Part shown: piece by piece, positions 47,124-57,404 of the stretch
How the letters are laid out: each line of letters opens with the position of its first letter
How positions within the stretch are numbered: the first letter of the stretch is position 1
From: an uncultured Planctomycetota bacterium
Lineage (GTDB): Bacteria > Planctomycetota > Planctomycetia > Isosphaerales > Isosphaeraceae
Direction: 5' to 3'
NCBI GenBank assembly: GCA_963845755.1
Contig: CAWJTV010000028.1
Coordinates: 320,001 to 384,000, forward strand
DNA length: 64,000 nucleotides
Program-made: the position numbers and the translations under genes
Notes under the pieces: generated by a model
Seen by the model: only the letters and a program-made list of their open reading frames with translations
What the model was told of the DNA's origin: nothing
Database searches by the model: none

Positions 47124-48917
47124 TCACACCACTCCGGCCATGGTCTCGAGCTGCACGAGCGACCGGTTCTGTTCCTTGGCGAGATAGTCGCGGCCATACT
47201 TGATCCGGATATGATCCCAGGGGAGGACTTCCTCGATGGGCCGCTCGCGGTGGCTGTAGAACGGGACGTCGATCCCCAGCTCGGCGAAGGTCTCCCACCA
47301 GAGCCGGGGGTTGAAGTGCTCGGACCAGGCATCGAGCCGGGCCCCGCGGCGCCAGGCGGCTTCTAGCGCGGTCGCCACACGGCGGTCGCCTCGCGTGAGG
47401 ATCCCTTCCAGCATGCTCCGCTCGATATCGTGACACTTGACCGTCACCGATCGAAGCTTGACTTTGGATTTGAGGTACCTGTGCGCCCAGTGCAAGTATT
47501 CGCGCGTCTTGATCCCGTTCCACTGGTAGGGCGTGTGCGGCTTGGGGATGAAGTTGGACACACTGGCCGTGACTTCGGCATAGCGGCCGGTCACGTCCTT
47601 GCCGATCCGGGCGATGGTCTCGGCCATCGCAACGATGCCGTCGAGATCGGCGGTGCGCTCGCCCGGCAGGCCGCACATGAAATACAGCTTGACCTTCCTC
47701 CAGCCGCGGCGGAACGCCTCGGCGCAGCCGTCGTAGAGGTCCTGGTTGTCGATCGGCTTGCGGATCTGCTCGCGCATGTCATCGCGCGCGACCTCGGGGG
47801 CAAGGGTGAGGCCGCTCCGCCGTCCTTCGGCCAGCAGAGCGGGGATCTTCTTCAAGGTTTCGGTGATTCGCAGGCTGGGGAGCGAGATCTTCACTCCCAG
47901 CGGCGTGAAGACCTCGCTCATGCGGGTCACCAGCTCCTCGAAGTTCGGATAATCGCTGGTCGAGAGAGAGAGAAGACTGATCTCGTCGTAGCCGGTGTTG
48001 TTGTAGCTCTCGAGTGCGGCCTGGACGATCGTCTCGACCGTGCGATACCGAAGAGGCCGCTTGATCACCGTGCTCTGGCAAAACCGGCACTGCCAGGGAC
48101 ATCCGCGCATGATCTCGATGGCGATCCGATCGTGGGTCGTCTCGACGAATGGGAGGACTGGACGGGTCGGTAGCGGGATCGCATCCAGGTCGCGGATGAC
48201 GCAGGGTTTGATCTCCTCGGGCACGTCATCGCGAGTGGGTCGGATCTCGAGGATCGTGCCGTCTTCGCGATAGATCGGCCGGTAGAACCGCGGGACATAC
48301 GCCCACTCCACCAGTCCGGCGATCCGTGCAAGCTTGTCGGCCCGCGACAGATCCGAGCCCTGCATGCCCTTCCACAGCTCGGTGACGACAGGCAGGCTCG
48401 GCTCACCGTCGCCGATGACGAACAGGTCGATATAAGGGGCGAGCAGCTCGGGATTCTGTGCGCCTGGGCCGCCGGCAATGACCAGCGTGTCGTCCGGGCC
48501 GCGGTCCTCGGCGTGGAGCGAGATGCCTCCCAGGTCGAGCATCGTCAGGACGTTCGTATAGCAGATCTCGTACTGGAGGGAGAAGCCCACGACGTCGAAC
48601 CGATTCAACGGCGTGAACGTCTCCAGGCTGTACATCGGGAGACCGTGACGTCGCAGTGCATCCTCGAAATCGATCAAGGGCGTAAACGCCCGCTCGCATG
48701 CCCAACCCTGATCGTTCATCAAACTATAGAGCACCTGGAGCCCGTGGTGGCTCATTCCCAGTGCATAGGTGTCGGGGAAGGCCAGGCAAACGGTCCCGCG
48801 TACGGTCCCGTGGTCCTTGACCACGCTGTTCAACTCGCCGCCCGTGTACTGCCCGGGAGTCCGAACATTAGGCAAGATCCGAGAAACGACATGGTCTTTC
48901 AATTCCTGGTTCAACAT
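47124..48917 (-). CDS. B12-binding-like radical SAM protein, TIGR03960 family
   Basis: PGQYTGGELN, LAFPDTYALGMSH, EIMRGCPWQCRFC (CxxxCxxC), KLYFMCGLPGE, FIPKPHTPYQW, LPWDHI. Confidence 0.92.
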   Translation of the reverse strand: MLNQELKDHVVSRILPNVRTPGQYTGGELNSVVKDHGTVRGTVCLAFPDTYALGMSHHGLQVLYSLMNDQGWACERAFTPLIDFEDALRRHGLPMYSLETFTPLNRFDVVGFSLQYEICYTNVLTMLDLGGISLHAEDRGPDDTLVIAGGPGAQNPELLAPYIDLFVIGDGEPSLPVVTELWKGMQGSDLSRADKLARIAGLVEWAYVPRFYRPIYREDGTILEIRPTRDDVPEEIKPCVIRDLDAIPLPTRPVLPFVETTHDRIAIEIMRGCPWQCRFCQSTVIKRPLRYRTVETIVQAALESYNNTGYDEISLLSLSTSDYPNFEELVTRMSEVFTPLGVKISLPSLRITETLKKIPALLAEGRRSGLTLAPEVARDDMREQIRKPIDNQDLYDGCAEAFRRGWRKVKLYFMCGLPGERTADLDGIVAMAETIARIGKDVTGRYAEVTASVSNFIPKPHTPYQWNGIKTREYLHWAHRYLKSKVKLRSVTVKCHDIERSMLEGILTRGDRRVATALEAAWRRGARLDAWSEHFNPRLWWETFAELGIDVPFYSHRERPIEEVLPWDHIRIKYGRDYLAKEQNRSLVQLETMAGVV

Positions 48918-49259
48918 GGCGATCCGACTTTCGAGGCGAGGGGCAACCATCCCGATCCCGCCGCATGTTGCGCCGGGCGATAACGAGGTCGGGCATTCGG
49001 GGCGGTCAGAGCGACCGTGGGATATCCCCTGCATCTTAACCGGACAGGCGGATTGTGACCAGTTGGTCAACGATTGAAGCGGTCGGACGTGACGCGGGCC
49101 GTCGAAAGCTCAATCCGCGCGTTCGAGGAGCATGCCAATGTCCTGAGACTCGATGGTCCAGCCCGAACTGAGGCATGCCATGGCGACAGGGCCGCTGATC
49201 TCAATGGACGCCAGGGATCGCATGAATCTCGCCTCGTCGCTTCCGCGGTCCTGCCGCTC

Positions 49260-50483
49260 TCACGGCGAGCTCCCGTCCCGCCGGTGGAGCTTCCCCGCCA
49301 GGGTCTTCAGGTCACCTTCGACAAGGTTGCCTTCGGGGTCGATCAACAGGACGATGGAGACGCCGCTGCCTTCGAGACCGAATCGCTCGTACGTCTGGAA
49401 CGTGTTGTCCAGCAGGACGGGGAACGGCAGGTCTTTACCACCCCAGACGGATTTCTTGACCGCCGCGATGTGTTTCTCGAGCGCCGGGATGCTCTTGAGC
49501 GTCTCGCTGAAGTCACAGCAGAACGCCAGGATCTCAAACCGGTCCTGCTGTCCTTTGTGGGCTTCATAGAACGCCATCAGTTCCGGCAGCTCCTTGCCCA
49601 GACACGGAGCACAGTCGGGCCCCCAGAAATAGAGAACGACCCACTTGCCTCGGAAGTCGGAGAGCTTGGCGTTCTTCGCAACCCCTTTCGCGTCGGTGAG
49701 GTGCCAGGCAGGAGGCTTCTTGCCGAAGTTCTCCTTGTAGTTGGCCCATGTCCCGCGCACCTTGGAACGAGCGATGAGGTCGGATACTCCGAGGTGAGGT
49801 CGCAGCACCAACGCTCCAAGATCGACCTCCTTCTGACCGACCGCAACGGTGATCGTCCGATCCTCGATGGTGGTGGCCGGCGGCTCATCGCTGGATGCGC
49901 GGATTTCCCAGGCACCCGGCGGAACGAGGAATGAGAAGCGGTTCTGGTAACTGCCGCAAATCGCCATGCGCTGGGAGAGCAGGGGGGCATTCTCGTTATA
50001 TGGCGTGTTGAGATACACGCAAGACCACTTAATCGGACCTTCCGCACCCGAGAGTCGCGTTGTGCCAATGACTCGGACGAGCGGCTGCAAGCGAACCTCG
50101 ACGGGCGCCTCAGGGCGCTTGGGGTCGAATACGATCCGTGCGCCGTGGCGGCGCTCGCGGTCGTAAACCAGCAGCGAGTTCTTGCGCTCGGGTGCGGGAA
50201 TCGAGAACCGGCCGTCGGCGTCGGTCACTACGCGGGTCCCGCTCCATGGCTCCATCTTTCCCTCGTTCTGCCAGAGCCTCTCTGGTTCAGCGCCGCGCGA
50301 GGCGACGACCTGATCCCAGTCCATCCCGTTCGCTCCCCAGAACGCGGAGACGCTGGCCCCGGCCACCGGACGACCCGCTTCATCCAGCACACGCCCATTG
50401 ACCCGATTGGCCGCGTCTTCGGCCGAAACACCCGAGGTGGCCAACAAGACCAGAACAACGCTGGCTCGGTTTTGAGGGACCAT
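49260..50483 (-). CDS. Secreted TlpA/redoxin-family protein with carboxypeptidase-regulatory-like N-domains
   Basis: GRVLDEAGRPVAGA; LSDFRGKWVVLYFWGPDCAPC; LLIDPEG. Confidence 0.85.
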   Translation of the reverse strand: MVPQNRASVVLVLLATSGVSAEDAANRVNGRVLDEAGRPVAGASVSAFWGANGMDWDQVVASRGAEPERLWQNEGKMEPWSGTRVVTDADGRFSIPAPERKNSLLVYDRERRHGARIVFDPKRPEAPVEVRLQPLVRVIGTTRLSGAEGPIKWSCVYLNTPYNENAPLLSQRMAICGSYQNRFSFLVPPGAWEIRASSDEPPATTIEDRTITVAVGQKEVDLGALVLRPHLGVSDLIARSKVRGTWANYKENFGKKPPAWHLTDAKGVAKNAKLSDFRGKWVVLYFWGPDCAPCLGKELPELMAFYEAHKGQQDRFEILAFCCDFSETLKSIPALEKHIAAVKKSVWGGKDLPFPVLLDNTFQTYERFGLEGSGVSIVLLIDPEGNLVEGDLKTLAGKLHRRDGSSP

Positions 50484-50687
50484 GATCCTTTTCCTCGCTC
50501 CATGACACTTGTGGCAGACCTTCATCTTACAAGTGTCCCGTTACGCTATCAAGCTTTCGTACTCGCTGGCAACCTTGGGCGCGGTCGAGGCGTGCTGGCC
50601 GGTATCCCTTGACTCCTATAGAATGGAATGCGAGCCCGACTGATTCCGGCCGCCCGAATCGCGACTGCTGACAAAAGGAGGATCCGG

Positions 50688-50950
50688 ATAAGTCTCTCGA
50701 TTACCGAAGCTCTGGAACAGGTCGACTTGGAGCCAGGACAGATCTACAGTTGTCAGGTCAAGGGACACTGGATTGAGCTACGAGTATTGCCGCCGGATTT
50801 GAACCGAACTCGTATCAGATCGACGAATCCGACATCATGCTGGATTCGTGGGTGGAGCAACCTCGGCCGAGATGAAGGATCTGCGTGCGAGCGAGGCGAG
50901 GCACTCTGCCACTGCCGAATGCCCCTGAAATCCCCTCGGACAATCACTGA
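50688..50950 (+). pseudogene. Degraded small hypothetical protein (possibly an antitoxin-like partner)
   Basis: AGGAGG followed by ATA where a start is expected; SLSITEALEQVDLEPGQIY...IELRVL; frameshift; IDESDIMLDSWVEQPRPR* with TGA at 50873; then ..LPLPNAPEIPSDNH*. Confidence 0.5.
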
Positions 50951-50959
50951 CGAATCTCC

Positions 50960-52055
50960 ATGAATAATCGAATGAATCGCCCCCTGCTGGCCTTGACGAT
51001 GGGCGACGTGGCCGGCATCGGTCCCGAGGTGATCGCGCGCGGATGGCTTGACCCTCGACTTCATGCCCTGGCCAAGATGATCGTGATCGGCGATCCCGGC
51101 GTGATGAGTCGCGCGATCAACCTCGTCGCTCCCGATCGCACGATCCGGACTCAAGTGATCGCTGCGCCCGAGGAAGCCGACCCATCAACGCGGACCATCC
51201 CTTGTCTCTCACCCTTCGGCGATCGAACGGATCTTGCCGGCATCGAGCCGGGACTGGCCGATGCGCGCGCCGGCCGCGCCGCGTTTGACTTCCTGACCAC
51301 GGCCATCGACCTCGCCCGGGAAGACCGCCTCGACGCAATCACGACGCTTCCATTGAACAAGAAAGCCTTGCACGAAGCCGGAATTCCTCATCCCGGCCAC
51401 ACCGAGATCCTGGCCGAGCGCTGCGGAGTCCCCGATCACGCGATGATGCTCTATATCGAGACCGATTCGGGCGGATCGGAAACGGCGTCCGGACGGGCCA
51501 CCTCGGGTCTGGGCGTCGTTCACGTGACGTTGCACGTCGCGCTGCGGCGGCGTTTTCGACCTTCTGAGCCAGCAATCGATCCTGTCGAAGATCCGTCTCG
51601 CCGATCGGGCCATGCGCCCCCTAACCGGAGGCCGGCAGACGCGGATCGCCGTGACGTCGCTCAACCCTCATGCCGGCGAGGAGGGTCTCTTCGGCGACGA
51701 GGAGCAGACACTCATTCGACCCGCCGTTGAGGCCGCGCAACTCGAGGGTCTCGACGCCACCGGACCGCACCCGAATGACACCCTGTTTTACCACGCTCTC
51801 AACGGCGCGTACGACGCCGTCGTGGCGATGTACCACGATCAGGGGCACATCGCGCTCAAGACCGTCGGCTTCCAGCGAGCCGTCAACGTGACCCTCGGCC
51901 TTCCGATCGTTCGCACCAGCGTGGCGCACGGCACCGCCTTCGATATCGCGTGGAAGGGCCGGGCCGATGCATCGAGCCTGATCGCCGCGGTGAGGGTCGC
52001 GGCCCGAATTGTCGCGGGGAAAAAATCAGCACCACCGATAGAACCGCTGGTATGA
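50960..52055 (+). CDS. pdxA: 4-hydroxythreonine-4-phosphate dehydrogenase; frameshift near 51550
   Basis: TMGDVAGIGPEV, PGHTEILA, LNPHAGE.GLFGDEE, AMYHDQGHI, NVTLGLPIVRTSVAHGTAFDIA. Confidence 0.95.
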
Positions 52056-52060
52056 GGAAG

Positions 52061-52075
52061 GCCCCTTGAAGGGGC
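52061..52075. terminator. GC hairpin just downstream of pdxA
   Basis: GCCCCT-TGA-AGGGGC 5 nt after the stop; no U-tract. Confidence 0.3.
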
Positions 52076-52597
52076 CGTTGGGTCGAATCGACGATCGCCT
52101 GACCTTGGTCTTCAGCCTGCGAGAGCTTTTCGCCTTCCAGTTACGCCAGCAGAGGAGCTTCTGATCCAGCCGGACAGCGCCGCCGCAATATCCAGAATCG
52201 CAGGAGCTTCGACCGATCCACATCCTTTTCAGCGGCGAGAGCACTTGGTAGCTCGAACACACGCCGGGAACGGCAGAGCCTTTAAGAGTCTCACCGCCAG
52301 AGGCGGTGGATTTGTTCTTGATTAAATGTCCATGACCGGTTCAAGTTGATCGTCAACGGAAGCTCGACACACGCCGTCGCTGGTATCGCGCGTCAAGCAC
52401 TGGACGGTGGCAAGACCGGCAACACGGGCAGTGATTACGCCGGGATGATCGACTGGACCGCGATCAACGGACCGTCGCTCCATGGTGAGAAGTTCGCGAG
52501 ATCCTGGATGAATTGGCTGCGACATCATTGAAGTCAATATGTGAGCTAATGGGCGACTCGATCCTCGACGTCGCCGCTCATGCGACACGAGAATAAT

Positions 52598-53882
52598 CTA
52601 CCGTCGCACGATCTCGGCCTCAACCCAGTTCGTCGCCATTTCCCCGGGCCAAACGGAGCGGACGTCGGGATCGGCCCAGCCGAGCTCGGGGTCGGCCACG
52701 AGCCGGAGGCGCATCCGCCGGACCCCCGGTCGTTCGATCACCTCAGAAGGTAACGGCGGGACGGGTCCGAGATCGAAGCGGCGGTCGATCGACTCGACAA
52801 CAGCCGGGTCGCGTTGGAGGAGGCCCTGACCGCTCAGGATGAGCGAGCCCGCGGGGAAGTGGCCCGGCGTCCCGTCGAATTCGATCGACAAGGCATGAGC
52901 CAGGTCGCAGGGGAGGGGGGTCGTCACGGAGAGGCGCGGCGGATTGCGGAGGACCCACTCTCCGCCGAGCGGAAGATGAACGGCCGGGGCATCGTGCGCG
53001 ACCGCGACCGGCTCGAGATGGATCGCGCGTGCGATCGTCTCGTCCCGGTTCGCGTCCAGGAGGGTCAGGATGGCATCCAGGCGGAGGATCGGGTCGAACT
53101 CGAACGTGAACGGGACGTGCGGGAGCTCGAGCTCCCAGGAGCTGGAAAGACCGACCGGCCGGACTCGTGTCTGGAGCACCAGGCGATGCGGGCCGTTGGT
53201 CGGAAAGTCGTCGGGAATGATCGAGAACCTGAGGTGGCCGCGCCCCGCAGTCCACGGCGAGAACTCTTCCAGCGCCTGCGCGGCGGGCGCCCAACACGCG
53301 GTGCGACCACTCCAGGTCGTTCGGGCCGACATGGCGCCCGTCGTCGGGGAGGAAGGGGACCTCATAAACCACGGAGATGGGAATCCCCGCATGAAGCGCA
53401 CGTGGGTAACGCCGGCGCGCCCTCCAGGTCACGGAATAACCGCGCCGGAGCACCGCCTGCTCCTCTTCGGCCACGAGCTGATCATCCCGCCAGAGACGCG
53501 CCAGGGCCCGCCCCGACGCAAGCCGGCGCGGCTCGGATTCACCCGAGCTGAAGATGCGGAGCAACTCCCAGGCTCCGGCGCGGCCGAACTCGGCGACCGC
53601 CTCGAACTGCTCCGGGGTGGCGCCGGGTTCTCCGAGTCGGGCGACGGCCTTGCGAGCCCGCCACGCCCAGCGGAGCCGGCGTCCACCGCCGATGAGCACG
53701 ACCGCGGCCAGGACCACCCAGACCGCTGACTTGGGCTCGCCGAACCAGGTTCGTAGACGCCTTGGCCCGGATCCTCTGCCACGTTCCCCCGGGCGCCCTG
53801 GCGAATCGCCGATCCGGGCCACTTCGGAAGTCCCCGCGGCTTGCGCCAGGACCGGCTTCGCCTTGCTCCATCGCTGCATCAT
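52598..53882 (-). CDS. Hypothetical membrane-anchored protein; frameshift near 53280
   Basis: N-part in ORF 52743..54119 (TM helix VWVVLAAVVLIGG, HEAT-like helices); C-part in ORF 52598..53401. Confidence 0.65.
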
Positions 53883-53907
53883 GATCTCGGAAATCGTCGT
53901 GATGACG

Positions 53908-54723
53908 TCAGAGGGCTCGCGCCGCACCGCCCAGCGGGACGCGCGCCGGGGCCGAACGCGGCGCGGGTGCAGGCGTTTGGGCTCCGTTCGGCTTCCTCGT
54001 GGGATTCCGGGGCTGCTCGCGCGCATCCTCGGCCTGGGGCGGATCGTTCTCGGGCATCTCCTCGATGATGGTCGGTTTGCGTACGCGCGGCCCCTCACCA
54101 TTGACACCGGCGAGGACATCGGTCATCTCGTCGACGGCGTCCTGGACGTCATGAAGGTCCCGATGGAGCGCGTGAAGCTCGCTCCAGACACGGTCCAGGG
54201 GATCCTCCGAACCGTCTCGATCGGTGATGACCAGCAGGTTATCGTCCGTGACGACGTGATAGGTCAGGCCAAGCTGATCGAGGAGAAGCTTGAGACCCGT
54301 CTTGAGCCGGACGCCATCGAGCTCGAGCTGGACGGTATCCTCGGGTTTCACGTCCTGGCGGCCCAGCGCCGCGAGGTCCAGGACGACGGGCACCTTGAGC
54401 GTCTCCTTGAGGTGGGCGCAGACGCGCGCGATCGACGTCGGGCGGGAGAACGGGAACGGATAGGGACGCACCAGCACGTCATGGACGGTCGGAACGGTCG
54501 ACGCGCTCCCGGCTCCGGGCCGATCCGTCGAGCGATTGTCGGCCCCTGAGGAGTGGGGCGGGCGCGTCAGTTCCTCATGGATCCCTCGATCAGGAGACTG
54601 GACCGGATCGGATCGTTCACCTACAGGCCGGTTCTGCGCCCGAAGTGTCATCCGATCCGAGATGACCAGCCCGATCGAGACGCCGGCCAGAAGCATCAGC
54701 CAGGGAGACAATTTGCGGATCAT
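53908..54723 (-). CDS. Secreted protein with STN-like (secretin/TonB short N-terminal) domain and coiled coil
   Basis: Signal peptide; VPVVLDLAALGRQDV...VQLELDGVRLKTGLKLLLDQLGLTYHV...LLVIT. Confidence 0.65.
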   Translation of the reverse strand: MIRKLSPWLMLLAGVSIGLVISDRMTLRAQNRPVGERSDPVQSPDRGIHEELTRPPHSSGADNRSTDRPGAGSASTVPTVHDVLVRPYPFPFSRPTSIARVCAHLKETLKVPVVLDLAALGRQDVKPEDTVQLELDGVRLKTGLKLLLDQLGLTYHVVTDDNLLVITDRDGSEDPLDRVWSELHALHRDLHDVQDAVDEMTDVLAGVNGEGPRVRKPTIIEEMPENDPPQAEDAREQPRNPTRKPNGAQTPAPAPRSAPARVPLGGAARAL

Positions 54724-55211
54724 GCCCCGTTCCTCTGGGGTCACCACACGAGCCCGCCGGAACCAGACCCGGTTTCGGACGAACACCGACCGACCGGCCT
54801 GTCCGGACCCTCGTGGCCCGCGATATTGTAACGGAGCGAGCCCCGGGTCACCAGCGAGACCGTCCGGCGCTCGTGCAACATGCTCGTTTGGGATCTCGAC
54901 GACCGACGATTGTCAAGGTTCGAGACTCGCCCGACGCCAGAGCCCGCCACATGCCCTCTCCGCGGGAGAACCGATCCCTCAGCACGGATGCATGCCGACT
55001 GTCTCCGCCAATTCAGGTGGCACGGGCACAAGTCCGCGCGACTCGGGGAGGTGGGGGGCGTGGGCCGGCAATGTCCGGTCGATGAGCTCGCTGGCCATCA
55101 GAGTCGCTCCGGATCCGAAGTGTTTGCGCTCACGCTCCTTGATTCGCTCGGTTCCACCGATTTGCTGCAACATCCGTGGCGGCCGAATTCCCGGGTGGAT
55201 ATGGGGACGCC

Positions 55212-56324
55212 TCAACCAACGAGCCCGGCGCGGAGGGCCGCGTCGATTTCCTCGGCACTGGCAAAACCGAACTCAAGGCGATCGAGCATCAGAGCAGCAG
55301 CGACCGAAGCCCGCTCGGCGGCTGTCCGGATCAAACTCTCCCCCACAACGATCTCGGCGCCGTTCCAGCCGTGGTTGAGCAGCGTGTCGAGGAGCGTCGA
55401 TGCGAACGCTTCGCCGGCCCGGTTGGTATCGCGGGGTGGATGATCGCGGCGGAAGGCGGGAATGTGAATGTTTCGCGACTCGTGGCCGGGCGTGGTAAAC
55501 CACACCGTACTCCCCGAGGGCCCGTCGGTCACGACAAGGATCGAGACGAGCCGGGCGACCTCCGACGAAGACTCCAGCGCCTCCCATTCCCGGCGATTGC
55601 AACTCAGGACATCGATCGCGGAGGCGAAGCTCAGGACATGGCAATCCGTGTCGATCATGTTCCGCATCGCCGGCGCGAAGAACCGGGTCTTGGCAAAGGG
55701 TGCGCGGATCAACGGCACCGCCAGGTGATTCGGTAGCGACGCGACGACTCGCAAATCGCACGTCTCCTCGGCGAACGGAGCGAGCGACTGCCGGGTCAGT
55801 CGCTCGTGACAGCCTCGGAAACCGATCGGCAGCTTGTCGCCATACGGGCCGCTGGTGACCAGCAAGGTCCAATCCGCCGGCGCGTCGAGAACGCGGATCG
55901 GATGATGATCCACGTCGTACCCAACCAGTTTCCGGGCGACCGTCTGACTGCCCGGATCGGTTTCCGGACCCAGGGCGCTATAAAGCCGGCCACCCAGTGC
56001 GGCGGCATAACCGGCTCCCATCCCGCCCAGATCATCGCTCCAGCTAAGGCCGCGGACATACCTCGGGCCACGCAGATCCTTGCAAATCGGCCGTTTCCAG
56101 CGGATCACGCCCGTTGGGCCGGGCCATCCAGCCGGGAGGTCGATGGCGATGGTGTATCCCGAGGGATCGCAGAGGTCGAGCACGGGATCCGAGCCGAACT
56201 TCCAGGCCCCCTCAACGCTCTGATCGAGTGGAGGACTCAGTTCGGGATCGACGAGAGGACGGTCAACGCGAAGCACCTGGTCCAGGTACGCCGGTCCGAA
56301 TACCACTACGCGCCTATGAGTCAC
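55212..56324 (-). CDS. PfkB/ribokinase-family carbohydrate kinase, atypical
   Basis: VVVFGPAYLD, LGGMGAGYA, CNRREW, VVTDGPSGS, DTNRAGEAF (canonical DTxGAGD); GTG start with GGGAGG upstream. Confidence 0.8.
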   Translation of the reverse strand: MTHRRVVVFGPAYLDQVLRVDRPLVDPELSPPLDQSVEGAWKFGSDPVLDLCDPSGYTIAIDLPAGWPGPTGVIRWKRPICKDLRGPRYVRGLSWSDDLGGMGAGYAAALGGRLYSALGPETDPGSQTVARKLVGYDVDHHPIRVLDAPADWTLLVTSGPYGDKLPIGFRGCHERLTRQSLAPFAEETCDLRVVASLPNHLAVPLIRAPFAKTRFFAPAMRNMIDTDCHVLSFASAIDVLSCNRREWEALESSSEVARLVSILVVTDGPSGSTVWFTTPGHESRNIHIPAFRRDHPPRDTNRAGEAFASTLLDTLLNHGWNGAEIVVGESLIRTAAERASVAAALMLDRLEFGFASAEEIDAALRAGLVG

Positions 56325-56472
56325 GGGTCGATGGCCTCCCATCCGGGATCGATGCGCCAACGCAGAAAAGCGATCCGTGCGTGGTTCTATCCGCGATGAC
56401 GACTGGATTATACTCGACCCGGGAAAGCTGTCATGGCGCGGGCCAAGAGGAATGTCGCAGAGGAGTTGACTG

Positions 56473-57354
56473 GTGACGTCGGAAATGGAATCGTCGGTAG
56501 AATCACTCGATCACCCGGTGGACAATGCGCCGGTCCGTACGTTGCAACACAAGGCTCTCACGATCGAAGGATACTCGAGAGCCGCGGTACAATCGTACTG
56601 GCGAATCCCGGAGCTGAAGCTGGGCTTCGACCTGGGGGCTCAACCCTGGTCGTTCATGACCACGCCCACCTGGTTCGTGACCCATACGCACCTGGACCAC
56701 GTCGCGGCCTTGCCGGTACTGGTCGCTCGTCGTCGGATGATGAAGATGGAGCCGCCCACCATCTACTTGCCGGCCGAAGCGGTCAACGGCGTCGAGGCCC
56801 TCCTGCGCACCTTTCAACGGCTCGATCGAGGCCGGATGCCCGCACACCTGATCGGGCTCAAGCCCGACGACGAGATCGAGCTCTCCCGCGAGCTGGTCGT
56901 CAAGGCGTTCGCCACCAGGCATACGATCCCGTCCCTGGGCTATCTCGTCTGGGAGCGGCGGAAGAAGCTCAAGCCGGAGTATCAAGACCTGACCGGCGAC
57001 CAGATCCGTGACTTGCGACTCTCGGGAGTCGAGGTCGCGGCCGAACTGCGATTGCCCAAGGTCGCCTATCTGGGAGATACCGCGCCGCCGGGCATCGATG
57101 CGTTCCCCGAAGTCTACAAGGCGCAGGTGTTGATCCTCGAGATGACCTTCGTCGCACCGAACGAGCGCGCGTCGGTGATCCACAAGTTCGGCCACACCCA
57201 TCTCGAGGACCTACTTGAGCGGGCGGACCGGTTCGAGAACGAGGTCATCATCGCCTCCCACTTCAGCACGAGGCTGCATCCGGACCAGATCCTTCGCATT
57301 GTCGAGAAACGGCTCCCGGACACGCTCAAAGGCCGTCTCAAGATCTGGCTCTGA
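56473..57354 (+). CDS. rnz: Ribonuclease Z-like metallo-beta-lactamase-fold hydrolase (TM-type)
   Basis: EGYS, FDLG, THTHLDH (HxHxDH), KKLKPEY arm, YLGDT, LEMT, GHTH, HFSTR. Confidence 0.8.
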   Translation: MTSEMESSVESLDHPVDNAPVRTLQHKALTIEGYSRAAVQSYWRIPELKLGFDLGAQPWSFMTTPTWFVTHTHLDHVAALPVLVARRRMMKMEPPTIYLPAEAVNGVEALLRTFQRLDRGRMPAHLIGLKPDDEIELSRELVVKAFATRHTIPSLGYLVWERRKKLKPEYQDLTGDQIRDLRLSGVEVAAELRLPKVAYLGDTAPPGIDAFPEVYKAQVLILEMTFVAPNERASVIHKFGHTHLEDLLERADRFENEVIIASHFSTRLHPDQILRIVEKRLPDTLKGRLKIWL

Positions 57355-57404
57355 GTCGCCAGGATTCAACAGGGTGAGCCTGGCGGGAGGACCGTCCTCG
57401 ACTT

